The notes under the pieces are model-generated. The model made no database searches, was not told where the DNA came from, and worked only from the letters and a program-made list of their open reading frames with translations. A program made the position numbers and the translations under genes. 64,000 nt of DNA, taken from the NCBI GenBank assembly GCA_963805975.1, contig CAWDVR010000005.1, forward strand, positions 288,001 through 352,000, given 5' to 3'. Positions 43,656-52,952 of this stretch are shown here, one piece after another (position 1 is the first letter of the stretch; every line of letters starts with the position of its first letter). The DNA comes from an uncultured Acidobacteriota bacterium. GTDB lineage: Bacteria > Acidobacteriota > Thermoanaerobaculia > Multivoradales > SZUA-115.

Positions 43656-44290
43656 GCCCGCGCCTGAAGATGCTCCTGGGCGTGCTCGGGGTGGCGGCGG
43701 TGATCTTCCTGTGGAGCCAGCTCAGGCCGCAGGACGAGGTGCCCGCGGCCGCCGTCTCGCCGCTCGACAGGAAGATCGGCGGCACGACGCCTGGCCGCAC
43801 GGGGTCGAGGACCGGCGGGCGCTCCGGCGGGCGCCGGGATGCGCCGGCGGTCACCACCGTCTCCGAGCTGCGCCTGGCCGATCTCGAGCCGGCGACCGGC
43901 GGCTTCCACACCGGCCGCAACCCCTTCGCCTTCGTGGCGGCGCCTCCTCCGCCCCCTCCTCCTCCGCCCCCGCCGCCGACCAAAGAGCAGATCGCGGCGC
44001 GGCTGGCGGCCGAGGAGGCGGCGCAGCGGGCGGCGGCAGCGGCAGCGGTCGAGGCGACCAAGCCCAAGCCGCCGCGGATCACCTTCTCCTACCTCGGCAG
44101 CTTCGGCCCGCCGTCGCGGCGGATCGCCGTGCTGTCCCAGGGCGAGACGACCTACAACGCCATGGTCGGCGACGTGATCGAGGGCAAGTTCCGTCTGGTG
44201 GCGATCGGTTTCGAGTCGGTGGAAATTGGTTTCGTCGATTTTCCAAACCAGCCCCCGGCGCAGTTGCCGGTCGGCGAAAAGGGAAGCTGA
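43652..44290 (+). CDS. PilP/GspC-position protein with poly-Pro linker
   Basis: ATGA overlap; TM; GRNPFAF; PPPPPPPPPPP; YLG..IAVL..GDVIEGKFRLVAI. Confidence 0.7.
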   Translation: MSPRLKMLLGVLGVAAVIFLWSQLRPQDEVPAAAVSPLDRKIGGTTPGRTGSRTGGRSGGRRDAPAVTTVSELRLADLEPATGGFHTGRNPFAFVAAPPPPPPPPPPPPTKEQIAARLAAEEAAQRAAAAAAVEATKPKPPRITFSYLGSFGPPSRRIAVLSQGETTYNAMVGDVIEGKFRLVAIGFESVEIGFVDFPNQPPAQLPVGEKGS

Positions 44291-44292
44291 AG

Positions 44293-46809
44293 ATGCGTGA
44301 GAGAAAAGTTCTGCTAGGCGCGCTGCTGGCGCTCGTCGTCTTCAGCTCCTGTACCAGTTACCGCAACTACCGGCGGGCGCAGATGGCCGCCACGGCCGAG
44401 GACTGGGACCAGGCCGTCGTCTTCTACATGAAGGCGGTGGACGAGAACCCGGGGAACATCACCTACAAGGCGGCCCTGCTCAGGGCCAAGATGCGCGCCT
44501 CGCAAGAGCACTTCAACAAGGCGCGCCGCTACCAGCAGACGGAGGTGCTCGAACGCGCCCTGATCGAGTACCAGCAGGCGGTGGCCCTCGACCCTTCCAA
44601 CCAGTCGGCCGCCGTCGAGCTCGAGAAGGTGCGCCTCGCCCTCGTCGCCCAGCGCGAGAACCGCAAGTCGGACGACACCCTCGACGATCTCAAGCGCCGG
44701 GTGAGCCTGGAGAGCCAGCCGCCGCAGCTCAACCCGCGCTCCAACGAGCCCATCGATCTCGAGTTCCCGGAGCCGGTGTCGATCATGGACATCTACCGGG
44801 CGCTGGGGCGCGCCTTCGGCATCAACATCCTCTTCGACCCCAACTTGAAGGACCAGGAGCTGGGCGTCGAGCTCAAGCAGGTGCGGGCCCAGGACGCGCT
44901 CGAGTTCCTGATGCGCGCCGCCAACCACTTCTACAAAGTGCTCGACCCGCAGACCATCATCATCATCGCCGACACGCCGCAGAACCGCCGCAACTACGAG
45001 GACCTGGTGATCAAGACCTTCTTCCTGTCGAACGCGGAGGTGAAGGACGTGGTCACCATGCTGCGCAGCCTGATCGACGCCAAGAAGATCGCCACCAATG
45101 ACCGGTTGAACGCCATCATCCTGCGCGACACCGCCGACAAGGTGAAGGTGGCCGAGCGCATCATCACCGCCAACGACAAGGCGCGGGCCGAGGTGGTGGT
45201 CGACGTCGAGCTGCTGCAGATCAACACCACCAAGCTCAAGGACCTGGGAGTCACCTGGCCGAGCCAGATCTCGACCGGCATCGACCTCGGTGAGGACGTG
45301 CCGATCCGGCTCTCCGACCTCGAGTTCCTGAACCAGAGCAACTGGACGATCACCATCCCCAACTTCGTCTACGACTTCGTCAAGACCTCGACCGACGCCC
45401 AGCTCCTCGCCAAGCCGCAACTGCGCATCAGCGAGGGCGAGAAGGCGAGCCTGGTGATCGGCGACCGGGTGCCGATCCCGGTGACCAGCTTCAACACCGC
45501 CAACACGGTGGGCAGCAACATCGTGCCCATCACCTCGTTCCAGTACCAGGACGTCGGCATCAAGATCAACCTCGAGCCGCGCGTGCACCACAACAAGGAA
45601 GTCACGCTCAAGGTGATGGTCGAGGTGTCGAACCTCTCCGGCCAGGTGCAGAGCGGCGGCAGCTCGCAGCCGATCATCGGCACCCGCACCATCGAGTCGA
45701 CCATCCGCTTGAAGGACGGCGAGACCAACTTCCTGGCCGGCCTGATGCGCACCGACGAGACGGTCTCCGACAGCGGCGTGCCGGGCCTCTCGGACATCCC
45801 GGTCCTGGGCCGCCTGTTCTCGAAGAACCGCAACCAGAACCAGCGCACCGACGTGATCCTGACCTTGACGCCGCACATCATCCGTTCGGCCGACATCACC
45901 GAGGAGGACCTGCTGCCGATCTGGGTGGGCACCGAGGCCAACGTCACCTTCCGCGGCGGCAGCCCGCGGGTCGAGTCCGAGGTCGAGGGGCCGTTCGAGG
46001 AGGAGGTCGAGCCCACCACCGGCGAGGACATCCGCGAGCTCATCCAGAAGCGCATCCAGCAGCTCCCGGGCGGCTCGCCCGAGGAGCAGCAGAAGCCGGC
46101 GCCGCCGTCGGGCATCGACCTGGTGCCGGGAGGCCCGGGCAACGTGCTCCAGCCGCAGCCGCCGGCGGAGGAGCCGGTCTTCGAGCCGCCGCCGTTCGGC
46201 GTGCCCTCCGAGGAGGAGATCCCGCCGCCGGACGGACCGGGGTTCACGGGCGGCGGCGGCGGTGGCGGCTTCGCGGGCGGCACCTCGTCCTCGACCTTGC
46301 AGCTCGTCCATCCCTACCCGCAGGTGGTCCACGCCGCGATCGGCAACGCCGCCGTGGCCCTGCACTTCGCGCCCCGGCAGATGACCGTGGTGGCCGGCGA
46401 CACCTTCGAGCTGACGCTCGCCGCCGAGGCCCACCGGCCGGTCTCGCACCTGCCCGTCACCCTGGCCTACGACCACCGGCGGCTGGAGGTGGTGGCGGTG
46501 CGCGCCGGCGATTTCCTGGGCGACTCCTCCAAGGGCCAGGTGCTGGCGGACTTCTCCCGCCCCGGCGAGGTGGTGATCGGCGCCAGCCGGCTGGGTGCCG
46601 TGCCCTCGGTTTCCGGCCGCGGCTCGGTGGCGGTGATCACCTTCCGCGCGCTCTCCCACGGCACCACCGAGGTGCGCTTCCGGCAGGCGCAGGCGCTCAG
46701 CGTCGATCTGGCGCCCCTGGCCCCGGTCTCCGCCGAGCCGGCGCGGATCGAGATCCGGGTCGACCGGCCGGTGAACGAGCGCCCACCGAGACCGCCGCAG
46801 GAGACCTAG
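44293..46809 (+). CDS. gspD: Secretin (GspD-like) lipoprotein with N-terminal TPR and C-terminal cohesin-like domain
   Basis: Lipobox FSSC; TPR; KTFFLSNA; PQLRISEGEKA..GDRVP; YQDVGIK; RLKDGET; GVPGLSDIPVLGRLF; C-terminal GDTFEL..LAYD..L..G.FL..SGRGSVAVITFRA. Confidence 0.9.
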   Translation: MRERKVLLGALLALVVFSSCTSYRNYRRAQMAATAEDWDQAVVFYMKAVDENPGNITYKAALLRAKMRASQEHFNKARRYQQTEVLERALIEYQQAVALDPSNQSAAVELEKVRLALVAQRENRKSDDTLDDLKRRVSLESQPPQLNPRSNEPIDLEFPEPVSIMDIYRALGRAFGINILFDPNLKDQELGVELKQVRAQDALEFLMRAANHFYKVLDPQTIIIIADTPQNRRNYEDLVIKTFFLSNAEVKDVVTMLRSLIDAKKIATNDRLNAIILRDTADKVKVAERIITANDKARAEVVVDVELLQINTTKLKDLGVTWPSQISTGIDLGEDVPIRLSDLEFLNQSNWTITIPNFVYDFVKTSTDAQLLAKPQLRISEGEKASLVIGDRVPIPVTSFNTANTVGSNIVPITSFQYQDVGIKINLEPRVHHNKEVTLKVMVEVSNLSGQVQSGGSSQPIIGTRTIESTIRLKDGETNFLAGLMRTDETVSDSGVPGLSDIPVLGRLFSKNRNQNQRTDVILTLTPHIIRSADITEEDLLPIWVGTEANVTFRGGSPRVESEVEGPFEEEVEPTTGEDIRELIQKRIQQLPGGSPEEQQKPAPPSGIDLVPGGPGNVLQPQPPAEEPVFEPPPFGVPSEEEIPPPDGPGFTGGGGGGGFAGGTSSSTLQLVHPYPQVVHAAIGNAAVALHFAPRQMTVVAGDTFELTLAAEAHRPVSHLPVTLAYDHRRLEVVAVRAGDFLGDSSKGQVLADFSRPGEVVIGASRLGAVPSVSGRGSVAVITFRALSHGTTEVRFRQAQALSVDLAPLAPVSAEPARIEIRVDRPVNERPPRPPQET

Positions 46810-47324
46810 TGTCGTCCGGGAACCCAAGACCGGCGTTCATGCCAAGCCTCGTTGTGAGAGAACGGAGCGCCGGCAGCTCCGCCGGGTTCACGCTGGCGGA
46901 GCTGGTGATGGTGGCCATCATCCTCATCGTGCTGGCCGCCGCCACCTTCCCGGTGGTCAAGTTCGCCAGCCGGCGGATGAAGGAGTCCGAGCTGCGGCAC
47001 GACCTCAGGAGCATGCGCCTCGCCGTCGACGAGTACAAGCGCTACAGCGACGCCGGCCTGATCCCCATCGACCTCGGCAGCGAGGGCTACCCCAAGGACC
47101 TGGAAACCCTGGTCGAGGGCGTCGACCTGGTCGGGCAGGTGGACAAGAAAGCCCGCTTCCTGCGCCGCATCCCCATCGATCCGATGACCAGCGAGGCGGA
47201 GTGGGGGCTGCGCAGCTTCCAGGACGAGCCCGACTCGGACTCCTGGGGGGGCGAAAACGTGTTCGACGTCTACTCGCTGTCCGAAGGCGTGGGCCTGAAC
47301 GGCGTCCCCTACCGAGAGTGGTGA
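46809..47324 (+). CDS. Pseudopilin (GspG-like)
   Basis: Prepilin motif G/FTLAELVMV; YPKDLETLVEG; FLRRIPIDPMT. Start may be ATG 46839. Confidence 0.9.
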   Translation: MSSGNPRPAFMPSLVVRERSAGSSAGFTLAELVMVAIILIVLAAATFPVVKFASRRMKESELRHDLRSMRLAVDEYKRYSDAGLIPIDLGSEGYPKDLETLVEGVDLVGQVDKKARFLRRIPIDPMTSEAEWGLRSFQDEPDSDSWGGENVFDVYSLSEGVGLNGVPYREW

Positions 47325-47329
47325 GCGGC

Positions 47330-47800
47330 ATGGACAGAATGATCGGGATCAGACGACGCCTCTTCGGGGGCCGCGGCAAAGACCGCAGCCAGGGCGGCTT
47401 CACGCTGCTCGAGATGATCATCGTGGTGGGCATCATCGGCATCCTGGCCGGCATCATCATGCCCAACCTGATCGACCGGCCGCGGCGGGCCAAGGAAGCC
47501 GTGCTGCGCCAGAACCTCTTCACCCTGCGCGACGTGCTCGACCAGTACTACGGCGACAAGGGGCACTACCCGGAGGAGCTGACCGACGTGGTGGACGCCG
47601 GCTATCTGCGGGCGGTGCCGGTCGACCCGATCACCGGCAGCAACGAGACTTGGGTGGTGGTCTACGAGGAGGAGGATCCGGACAATCCCGGTCCCGAGAG
47701 CGACGAGGGCGAGGACGGCGAAGGCGGCCCGGGGATCATCGACATTCACTCCGGCTCCGAGGAGCTCTCCCTCGACGGCGAGCCCTACGGCGAATGGTGA
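47330..47800 (+). CDS. Pseudopilin (GspG-like)
   Basis: GG/FTLLEMIIVV; DQYYGDKGHYP..YLRAVPVDPITG. Start 47321, 47330 or 47339. Confidence 0.9.
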   Translation: MDRMIGIRRRLFGGRGKDRSQGGFTLLEMIIVVGIIGILAGIIMPNLIDRPRRAKEAVLRQNLFTLRDVLDQYYGDKGHYPEELTDVVDAGYLRAVPVDPITGSNETWVVVYEEEDPDNPGPESDEGEDGEGGPGIIDIHSGSEELSLDGEPYGEW

Positions 47801-48657
47801 GCCCGCGTCTCTCTCGCGCGCCGCAAAGCCAGGCCGGCTACACCCTGGCGGCGCTGGCCATCGCCGTGACCGTGATGTCCATCCTCACGGCGGTGGCGCT
47901 GCCGGTGTGGAGCAAGGCCATCCAGCGCGAGAAGGAAGAAGAGCTGATCGCCCGCGGGCTCCAGTACGCGGAGGCGATCCGCGTCTTCAGGAGCAAGTTC
48001 GGGCGCGCGCCGGTGCGGCTGCAGGAGCTGATCGAGGTCGAGCCGCGCACCATCCGCCGGCTGTGGCCGGACCCCATGATGGAGGATGGCGAGTGGGGCC
48101 TGCTGCTCGAAAACGCACAGCAACTGCAGCCCGTTCCAGGCATTCCACCCGGCCAGGCTCCAGGCTCCCGACGGGAGGACAACGGCCGGGGCTCGGACGA
48201 AGGTGAAGAAGGCAGGCAAGACGAGGAGGGCAAGCTCCCCGACGGCACGCCGCCGATCCCGGTGTCCAACCTCTTCGGCGAGGACAGCGAGGCCGGCACC
48301 CAGGTCACCATCGGGCCGATCATGGGCGTCGTCAGCCGTAGCAAAGAGGAGTCGCTGAAGGTCTTCCTCGACACCAACCGTTACGACCAGTGGAAGTTCA
48401 ACTACCAGATGCTGGCCGCCACCACGGGCTTCAATCCCCCGGGCGGCGGCGCCAATCTCGCCGTGGGCACCCGCCCGCAGTGGATCGGCCGGCCCTGGCG
48501 GCCGGGCATCGTGCCCCCCGGCTTCGGCCAGGTGCCGGGCCAGCAGCCGGTGATGCAGCCCGGGGGCGAGGGCTTCGGCATCCCCGGCGGCCAACCGCTC
48601 CCCGGCGGCAAGCCCGGCGCAGCCGTCAAGCCTGGCTCCGGCGGCGAAGAACAATAG
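47794..48657 (+). CDS. Minor pseudopilin lacking Glu5 (GspK/PilX-like)
   Basis: AG/YTLAAL; REKEEELIARG; IRRLWPDPM; IMGVVSRS; Pro/Gly-rich tail. Confidence 0.8.
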   Translation: MVSPRLSRAPQSQAGYTLAALAIAVTVMSILTAVALPVWSKAIQREKEEELIARGLQYAEAIRVFRSKFGRAPVRLQELIEVEPRTIRRLWPDPMMEDGEWGLLLENAQQLQPVPGIPPGQAPGSRREDNGRGSDEGEEGRQDEEGKLPDGTPPIPVSNLFGEDSEAGTQVTIGPIMGVVSRSKEESLKVFLDTNRYDQWKFNYQMLAATTGFNPPGGGANLAVGTRPQWIGRPWRPGIVPPGFGQVPGQQPVMQPGGEGFGIPGGQPLPGGKPGAAVKPGSGGEEQ

Positions 48658-48662
48658 CGGCC

Positions 48663-49124
48663 GTGAGCCCGCCGTCTCCGCTCCGCGTCCGCCTGCGGCG
48701 CCTGCCCCACGCCACGGACCTGCCTCTTCCCTGCCCCGCCTCGCCCGGCAGCGCCGGCTGCGATCTGCGGGCGGCGATCGCCGCCGAGATCACCCTCGCA
48801 CCCGGCGCTCGGGCGCTCGTTCCCACCGGCCTGGTGCTCGAGATCCCGCCCGGCTTCGAGGGCCAGGTACGGCCGAGAAGCGGCCTCGCCATCCGCCACG
48901 GCCTCACCATGGTGAACGGGCCGGGCACCATCGACAGCGACTACCGCGGCGAGGTCGCCGTGCCGCTCATCAACCTCGGCCAGGAGCCCATCACCCTGCG
49001 CCACGGCGACCGCATCGCCCAGCTCCTCGTGACCCCCGTGCTGGCGGTGGCGTTCGAGGAGGCGGAAGAGCTGTCCGAGAGCGAGCGGGGCGAGGGCGGG
49101 TTCGGGTCTACGGGGGTGGGGTAG
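48663..49124 (+). CDS. dut: dUTP diphosphatase
   Basis: AGCDL, VPTGL, RPRSGLA, GTIDSDYRGE, GDRIAQL, RGEGGFGSTG. Confidence 0.96.
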   Translation: MSPPSPLRVRLRRLPHATDLPLPCPASPGSAGCDLRAAIAAEITLAPGARALVPTGLVLEIPPGFEGQVRPRSGLAIRHGLTMVNGPGTIDSDYRGEVAVPLINLGQEPITLRHGDRIAQLLVTPVLAVAFEEAEELSESERGEGGFGSTGVG

Positions 49125-49414
49125 GGAGCGAGGCCGGCGACCAGCCTCGTCCGCAACGACAAGCCTCCTGCGCCAGGCTGCCCACCACGAAGTCGCCCGA
49201 CTCGCTCTTGCAATCGAGGTCGAGGGAGAACTTCACCTCCTCCACGAAGTCGAGGTCATGGGTGCCTACGGTAGCAATGGCCGCCGGACGGCAACCTTCC
49301 CAGTCCCTCTTCGGCCACCCGGTCACACTACACGGGAAAGAGCTCAATCAACCACGAAAGACGGCCTGCGCGGTCTCAGCCGCGAGCCCACGCGCCTGCC
49401 GCGAAAGGAAGATC

Positions 49415-51292
49415 ATGCCCTCGTCGATCCGCAGCTCGAGCGTCCTCGCGCTCTCCCTGGAGACGGTCGCCTTCCTGGCTGCGGCCGGGACGGCCCGGTT
49501 CACCGAGGCCGGCTCTCCCACCACCGCCCTGCCGAGCTTCTTCCCGCCCGCCGCTGCGGTGGAGCTGCGGAAGCTGGCGCCTTCGACCAGCGGGGCCACC
49601 GTGGAGCTCACCGCCGTTCTGGACGCCGCGGGGATCACGCGCCTGGCCCAGATCACCGGGCAGCGTGCGCTCGCTCACGTCGTGGTCGGCGGGCAGCGGC
49701 TGGTGTTGCACGACGACGGGCAGGCAGGCGACCGCATGGCCGGCGACGGCAGGTTCACGGCGCTGACTTTTCTCGACCCCAACGACGTCCTGGCGCGGGC
49801 CGCGCTCGAGGAGCGCCTCGCCGCCGCCGGCCACCTCGATCGCCTGCCGGTCTTCCGCGACCGCGAGCTGGTGGGCCGCGAGTCCCGGCGGCCCCTGTCG
49901 GCACGGGATTTCGCCGCCGGCCTGCCGGTCGAGATCAAGCCCCTGCCGGCGGGGCCCGAGGGCAATGGCTCGAACCAGGACTTCGAGAATGCGGTCATCT
50001 ACTCGCTGTTCATCTCCAACAACCTCCCGAGCGGCTTGCCGCCGCCGGTGTTCTGGGACCTCACCCGCATCTACGATCCTTGCTTCGAGGAGGGCAACGG
50101 GGACGGGGTGTGGACCTTCGGCCACCTGATGCGGCAGATGGCGAGCGGTTCGGGGTTGTCGGCCGAGGAGTTCACCGAGCAGTGGCTGACCCTCTACACC
50201 GCGGACCAGACGACAGACCTCACGAACCAGTTCACCGTCCCGGCGGTGTCCGGCGCGCAACAGTTCATCGCGGATTGGAAAGCGGCCGGCGGAGGCCAGA
50301 TCGACCTCGATCACCCACCCTTCCGGTTGCAGGCCATCGTGCCGCGCGTCGATCTGCGCAAGGGAGCCTCGAGCCCCTATGGCGGCACCCACGACGGCGG
50401 CGAGCTGCGGTTCATCTTCGGCGCCGTCCAGCCGCTCGATAGCTGTACGCCGATCGATTTCTCGGTGATCGTCGAGTACGGCGTGCCGATCGACGACTGC
50501 TTGACCCTTCGCCAATGGGCCCGCGGCTGGCGCGACCTAACCGCCCTCGGGCTCGACCTGGAGAACGAGGAGCCCTATCTCTCGGCGCTCGAAGCGCTCA
50601 CCACCCAGATCACCGAGGCGGGAAGCGATCCGGCCAACCCCAACGGCAGCGCCCTCAACCAGTTGCGTTCCAACGAGCTCGACCTGGGCTCCAATTGCTG
50701 CTGGCGGATCCGCGAGTTCCACCTCGAGGGCTCCGGCCTTCTCGAGTAGGCCACCACCGCGGACACGCCGGATGCGATCTTCCGCTTCGGCATTCCCCAG
50801 CACAAGGTCTTCGATGCGCTGGTCCTCTCGCCCTCGACGCCCGGCGCACCGGCCTTCATGACCGATCCGATGAGCGGGCAGCAGGTCCGCTTCCTCGGTG
50901 CCGAGGCGATCGTCGGCTTTCCGCACGACGGGCCGGCCTGGGGCTCCACCAGCGACCTCGACTTCTCGTCGGAGGCGATGAGCGATCAGCGCCATCGGCG
51001 GGGATTGCAGACCTGCAGCGGCTGTCACGGCACGGAGACCGGGACGCTCAGGGCGCACATGATTCACCCGGTCACGGGTGAGATGTCGCCCTTCCTGATC
51101 GGCGCGGATTTCCCCGACACCGACAGCCCGAAGACCGTGTTGGACCCGGTGGCGCCGGTCAATACTCCGGGCTCGAAGTACCGCTCGTTCTTCGATCTCC
51201 TACTCCGGTACAACGACCTCAACACAGCCGCCAACCGGCTGTGCGCGGTCGTCGCGGTGGACGAGCTTGCGCTCGCCCAGCTCGAGGAATAG
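49415..51292 (+). pseudogene. Exported choice-of-anchor-X / mono-haem cytochrome c-like gene interrupted by one in-frame TAG (50747-50749)
   Basis: AAAGGA RBS; LHDDGQAGDRMAGDGRFT; PFRLQAIV.RVDL; GELRFIF. The frame continues after TAG (ATTADTPD...) into ORF 50858-51292, which has CSGCH. Confidence 0.75.
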
Positions 51293-51299
51293 CCGCCTT

Positions 51300-51798
51300 G
51301 TCGGGAGCTCCTGAGGGCTCCCACCGGCGAGGCCGGTGGCCGGCTGGCGCTGGTAGTGATCCACTCGGACGCGGTGGTCAAGGCCTCGGGCAGCTCGCGG
51401 TACGGCCGCTACGACCTCTTCGTCCGCACCCGGCTGGATGACCGGATCGAGGGCGAGATCCGCGAGGGCCTCGAAAAGGCGATCGTCGGGGCTCGTGCGC
51501 GCGCCGCGAACCTGGATCTGCCGGCGATCGAGGCGGTCTTCGAGGTCGGTGGGGTGCGCTCGGCCATGGTGACGACCGAGGGAGAGAGCGAGACGAACGA
51601 GATCGCCACCGTCATGCTGCCCGCGGGTTTCATGGTGCTGCTCCTGGCCTGGCGCAGGTCTGGCTGTCGATCGCGATCGGCGTGGCGGGCGTCTACGCCG
51701 CGCTGTGGGCGGCGGCCAAGATCTTCCGCATCGGCCTCCTGATGTTCGGCAAGCCGCCCAACTTCGCGACCTTGATTCGCTGGATCAGGATGGCGTGA
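51300..51798 (+). pseudogene. ABC-2 (NatB-like) permease remnant, 5'-truncated and internally deleted
   Basis: YDLFVRTRLDDRIE..MLPAGFMVLLL, then a frame change at about 51645-51650 into the family C-terminus QVWLSIAIG..AAAKIFRIGLLMFGKPPNFATLIRWIRMA*. Confidence 0.75.
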
Positions 51799-51801
51799 GG
51801 G

Positions 51802-52824
51802 TCACCCGGTCCCGCCGGCCGGTGCTCGCCGGCTGTCCATTTTCTCGATGAGAGTCCGTTCCTCATAGGCGTACTCGGCGAGGACGCCGGTGGTGAACGC
51901 CCACACGCAGACCAGCCAGAGGACGATCTTCAGGGGCAGCGCGAGCGTGGTGGCAAAGAGCTGGATCACCGGGTCGTCGAAGGAGCCGGCGGCGGGCTGC
52001 ATGATCGCGTACACGTAGAGCACCCCGATGGTGCCCGGGCCTGGGTTGAGGTGTTTGCTGCCGAGGCCGCCCACCACCAGCGCCAGGGCCACACCGCTCA
52101 GCATGCCGATGCCCGTCTCGGCCACTCGGATGAGGCTGGGCAGGGTCTTTCCGTATCCGAACCAGGCAGGCACCACGAAGAGCAGGACGATCCCGGTCGA
52201 TACGAAGCGGCTGAACAGCGGCTCGTGAGCAGCGCCCAGCAGGCCCTTCTGCCTGGGTCTGTCGGCTGGCTGCTCCGCGATCGTGATCTCCGCGAGCTCC
52301 AGGTAGAGCCAGAAGACCAGGAGCGCGGTCACCGAGCTCAAGGTGGTGATGAAAGCGCTGTCGAACTCGTTCGGCTGGTTTTGCAGGCTGAGGCCCATCA
52401 CGAGGTAGTGGACCGACCAGAAGAGGAACACGGCGACGAGGTTGAGCTGGATTCTCCGGCATGCCTTCTCGGTCACCCTTCTACGCTCCGGCGGGATCCT
52501 GACGCTCAACCGGAGGCCCGCGGGGTTGGCCTTGGGAGTGAAGAGCGCCAGCACCAGGCACACGGTCGCCTGCAAGAACATGAGAGTGGCGCGCGCCGGC
52601 CTCAGCGTCTCGAGGCGCGCCTCGATCTCGTCCAGGCCCAACGACAGCCACTGAGCCGGCTCGAGCAGGCCGACGGCACCTCCTGCCAGGGCCAGAGCAA
52701 TGACGCCCACGACCTTGTAGCGCGCCTGCGCACGGAGCGAGAAGACCCAGGCCAGGAACGTGGATTGAGAGGGGCCTCGAGAGGTCTCCTCACCCGGTCG
52801 ATCCTCGTCTTTGGACTCACTCAT
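51802..52824 (-). CDS. Multi-pass membrane hypothetical protein
   Basis: GAGGAG RBS before MSESKDED; about 9 hydrophobic helices; no family recognised. Confidence 0.7.
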   Translation of the reverse strand: MSESKDEDRPGEETSRGPSQSTFLAWVFSLRAQARYKVVGVIALALAGGAVGLLEPAQWLSLGLDEIEARLETLRPARATLMFLQATVCLVLALFTPKANPAGLRLSVRIPPERRRVTEKACRRIQLNLVAVFLFWSVHYLVMGLSLQNQPNEFDSAFITTLSSVTALLVFWLYLELAEITIAEQPADRPRQKGLLGAAHEPLFSRFVSTGIVLLFVVPAWFGYGKTLPSLIRVAETGIGMLSGVALALVVGGLGSKHLNPGPGTIGVLYVYAIMQPAAGSFDDPVIQLFATTLALPLKIVLWLVCVWAFTTGVLAEYAYEERTLIEKMDSRRAPAGGTG

Positions 52825-52952
52825 GGTGACTCCTCTCGCGGCGGTCGCTGGCCTGGGGGGCGCAGCGGCCACGAGACCGAGGCGCCAGCGAGGGGTTGCG
52901 CGCTCAGACCTTCCAAGAAGATTGCGGCATTCTAGAGCAAGGCCCTCATGTG

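Noticed and set aside
43940-43980. CCG/CCT microsatellite
   Set aside because: Encodes a poly-proline linker with mixed codons; not a phase-variable tract.
50747-50749. Genome-wide TAG recoding or pyrrolysine
   Set aside because: TAG terminates several conserved genes at their expected ends (TonB receptor 18946, gspF, dut), and no pyl genes are visible.
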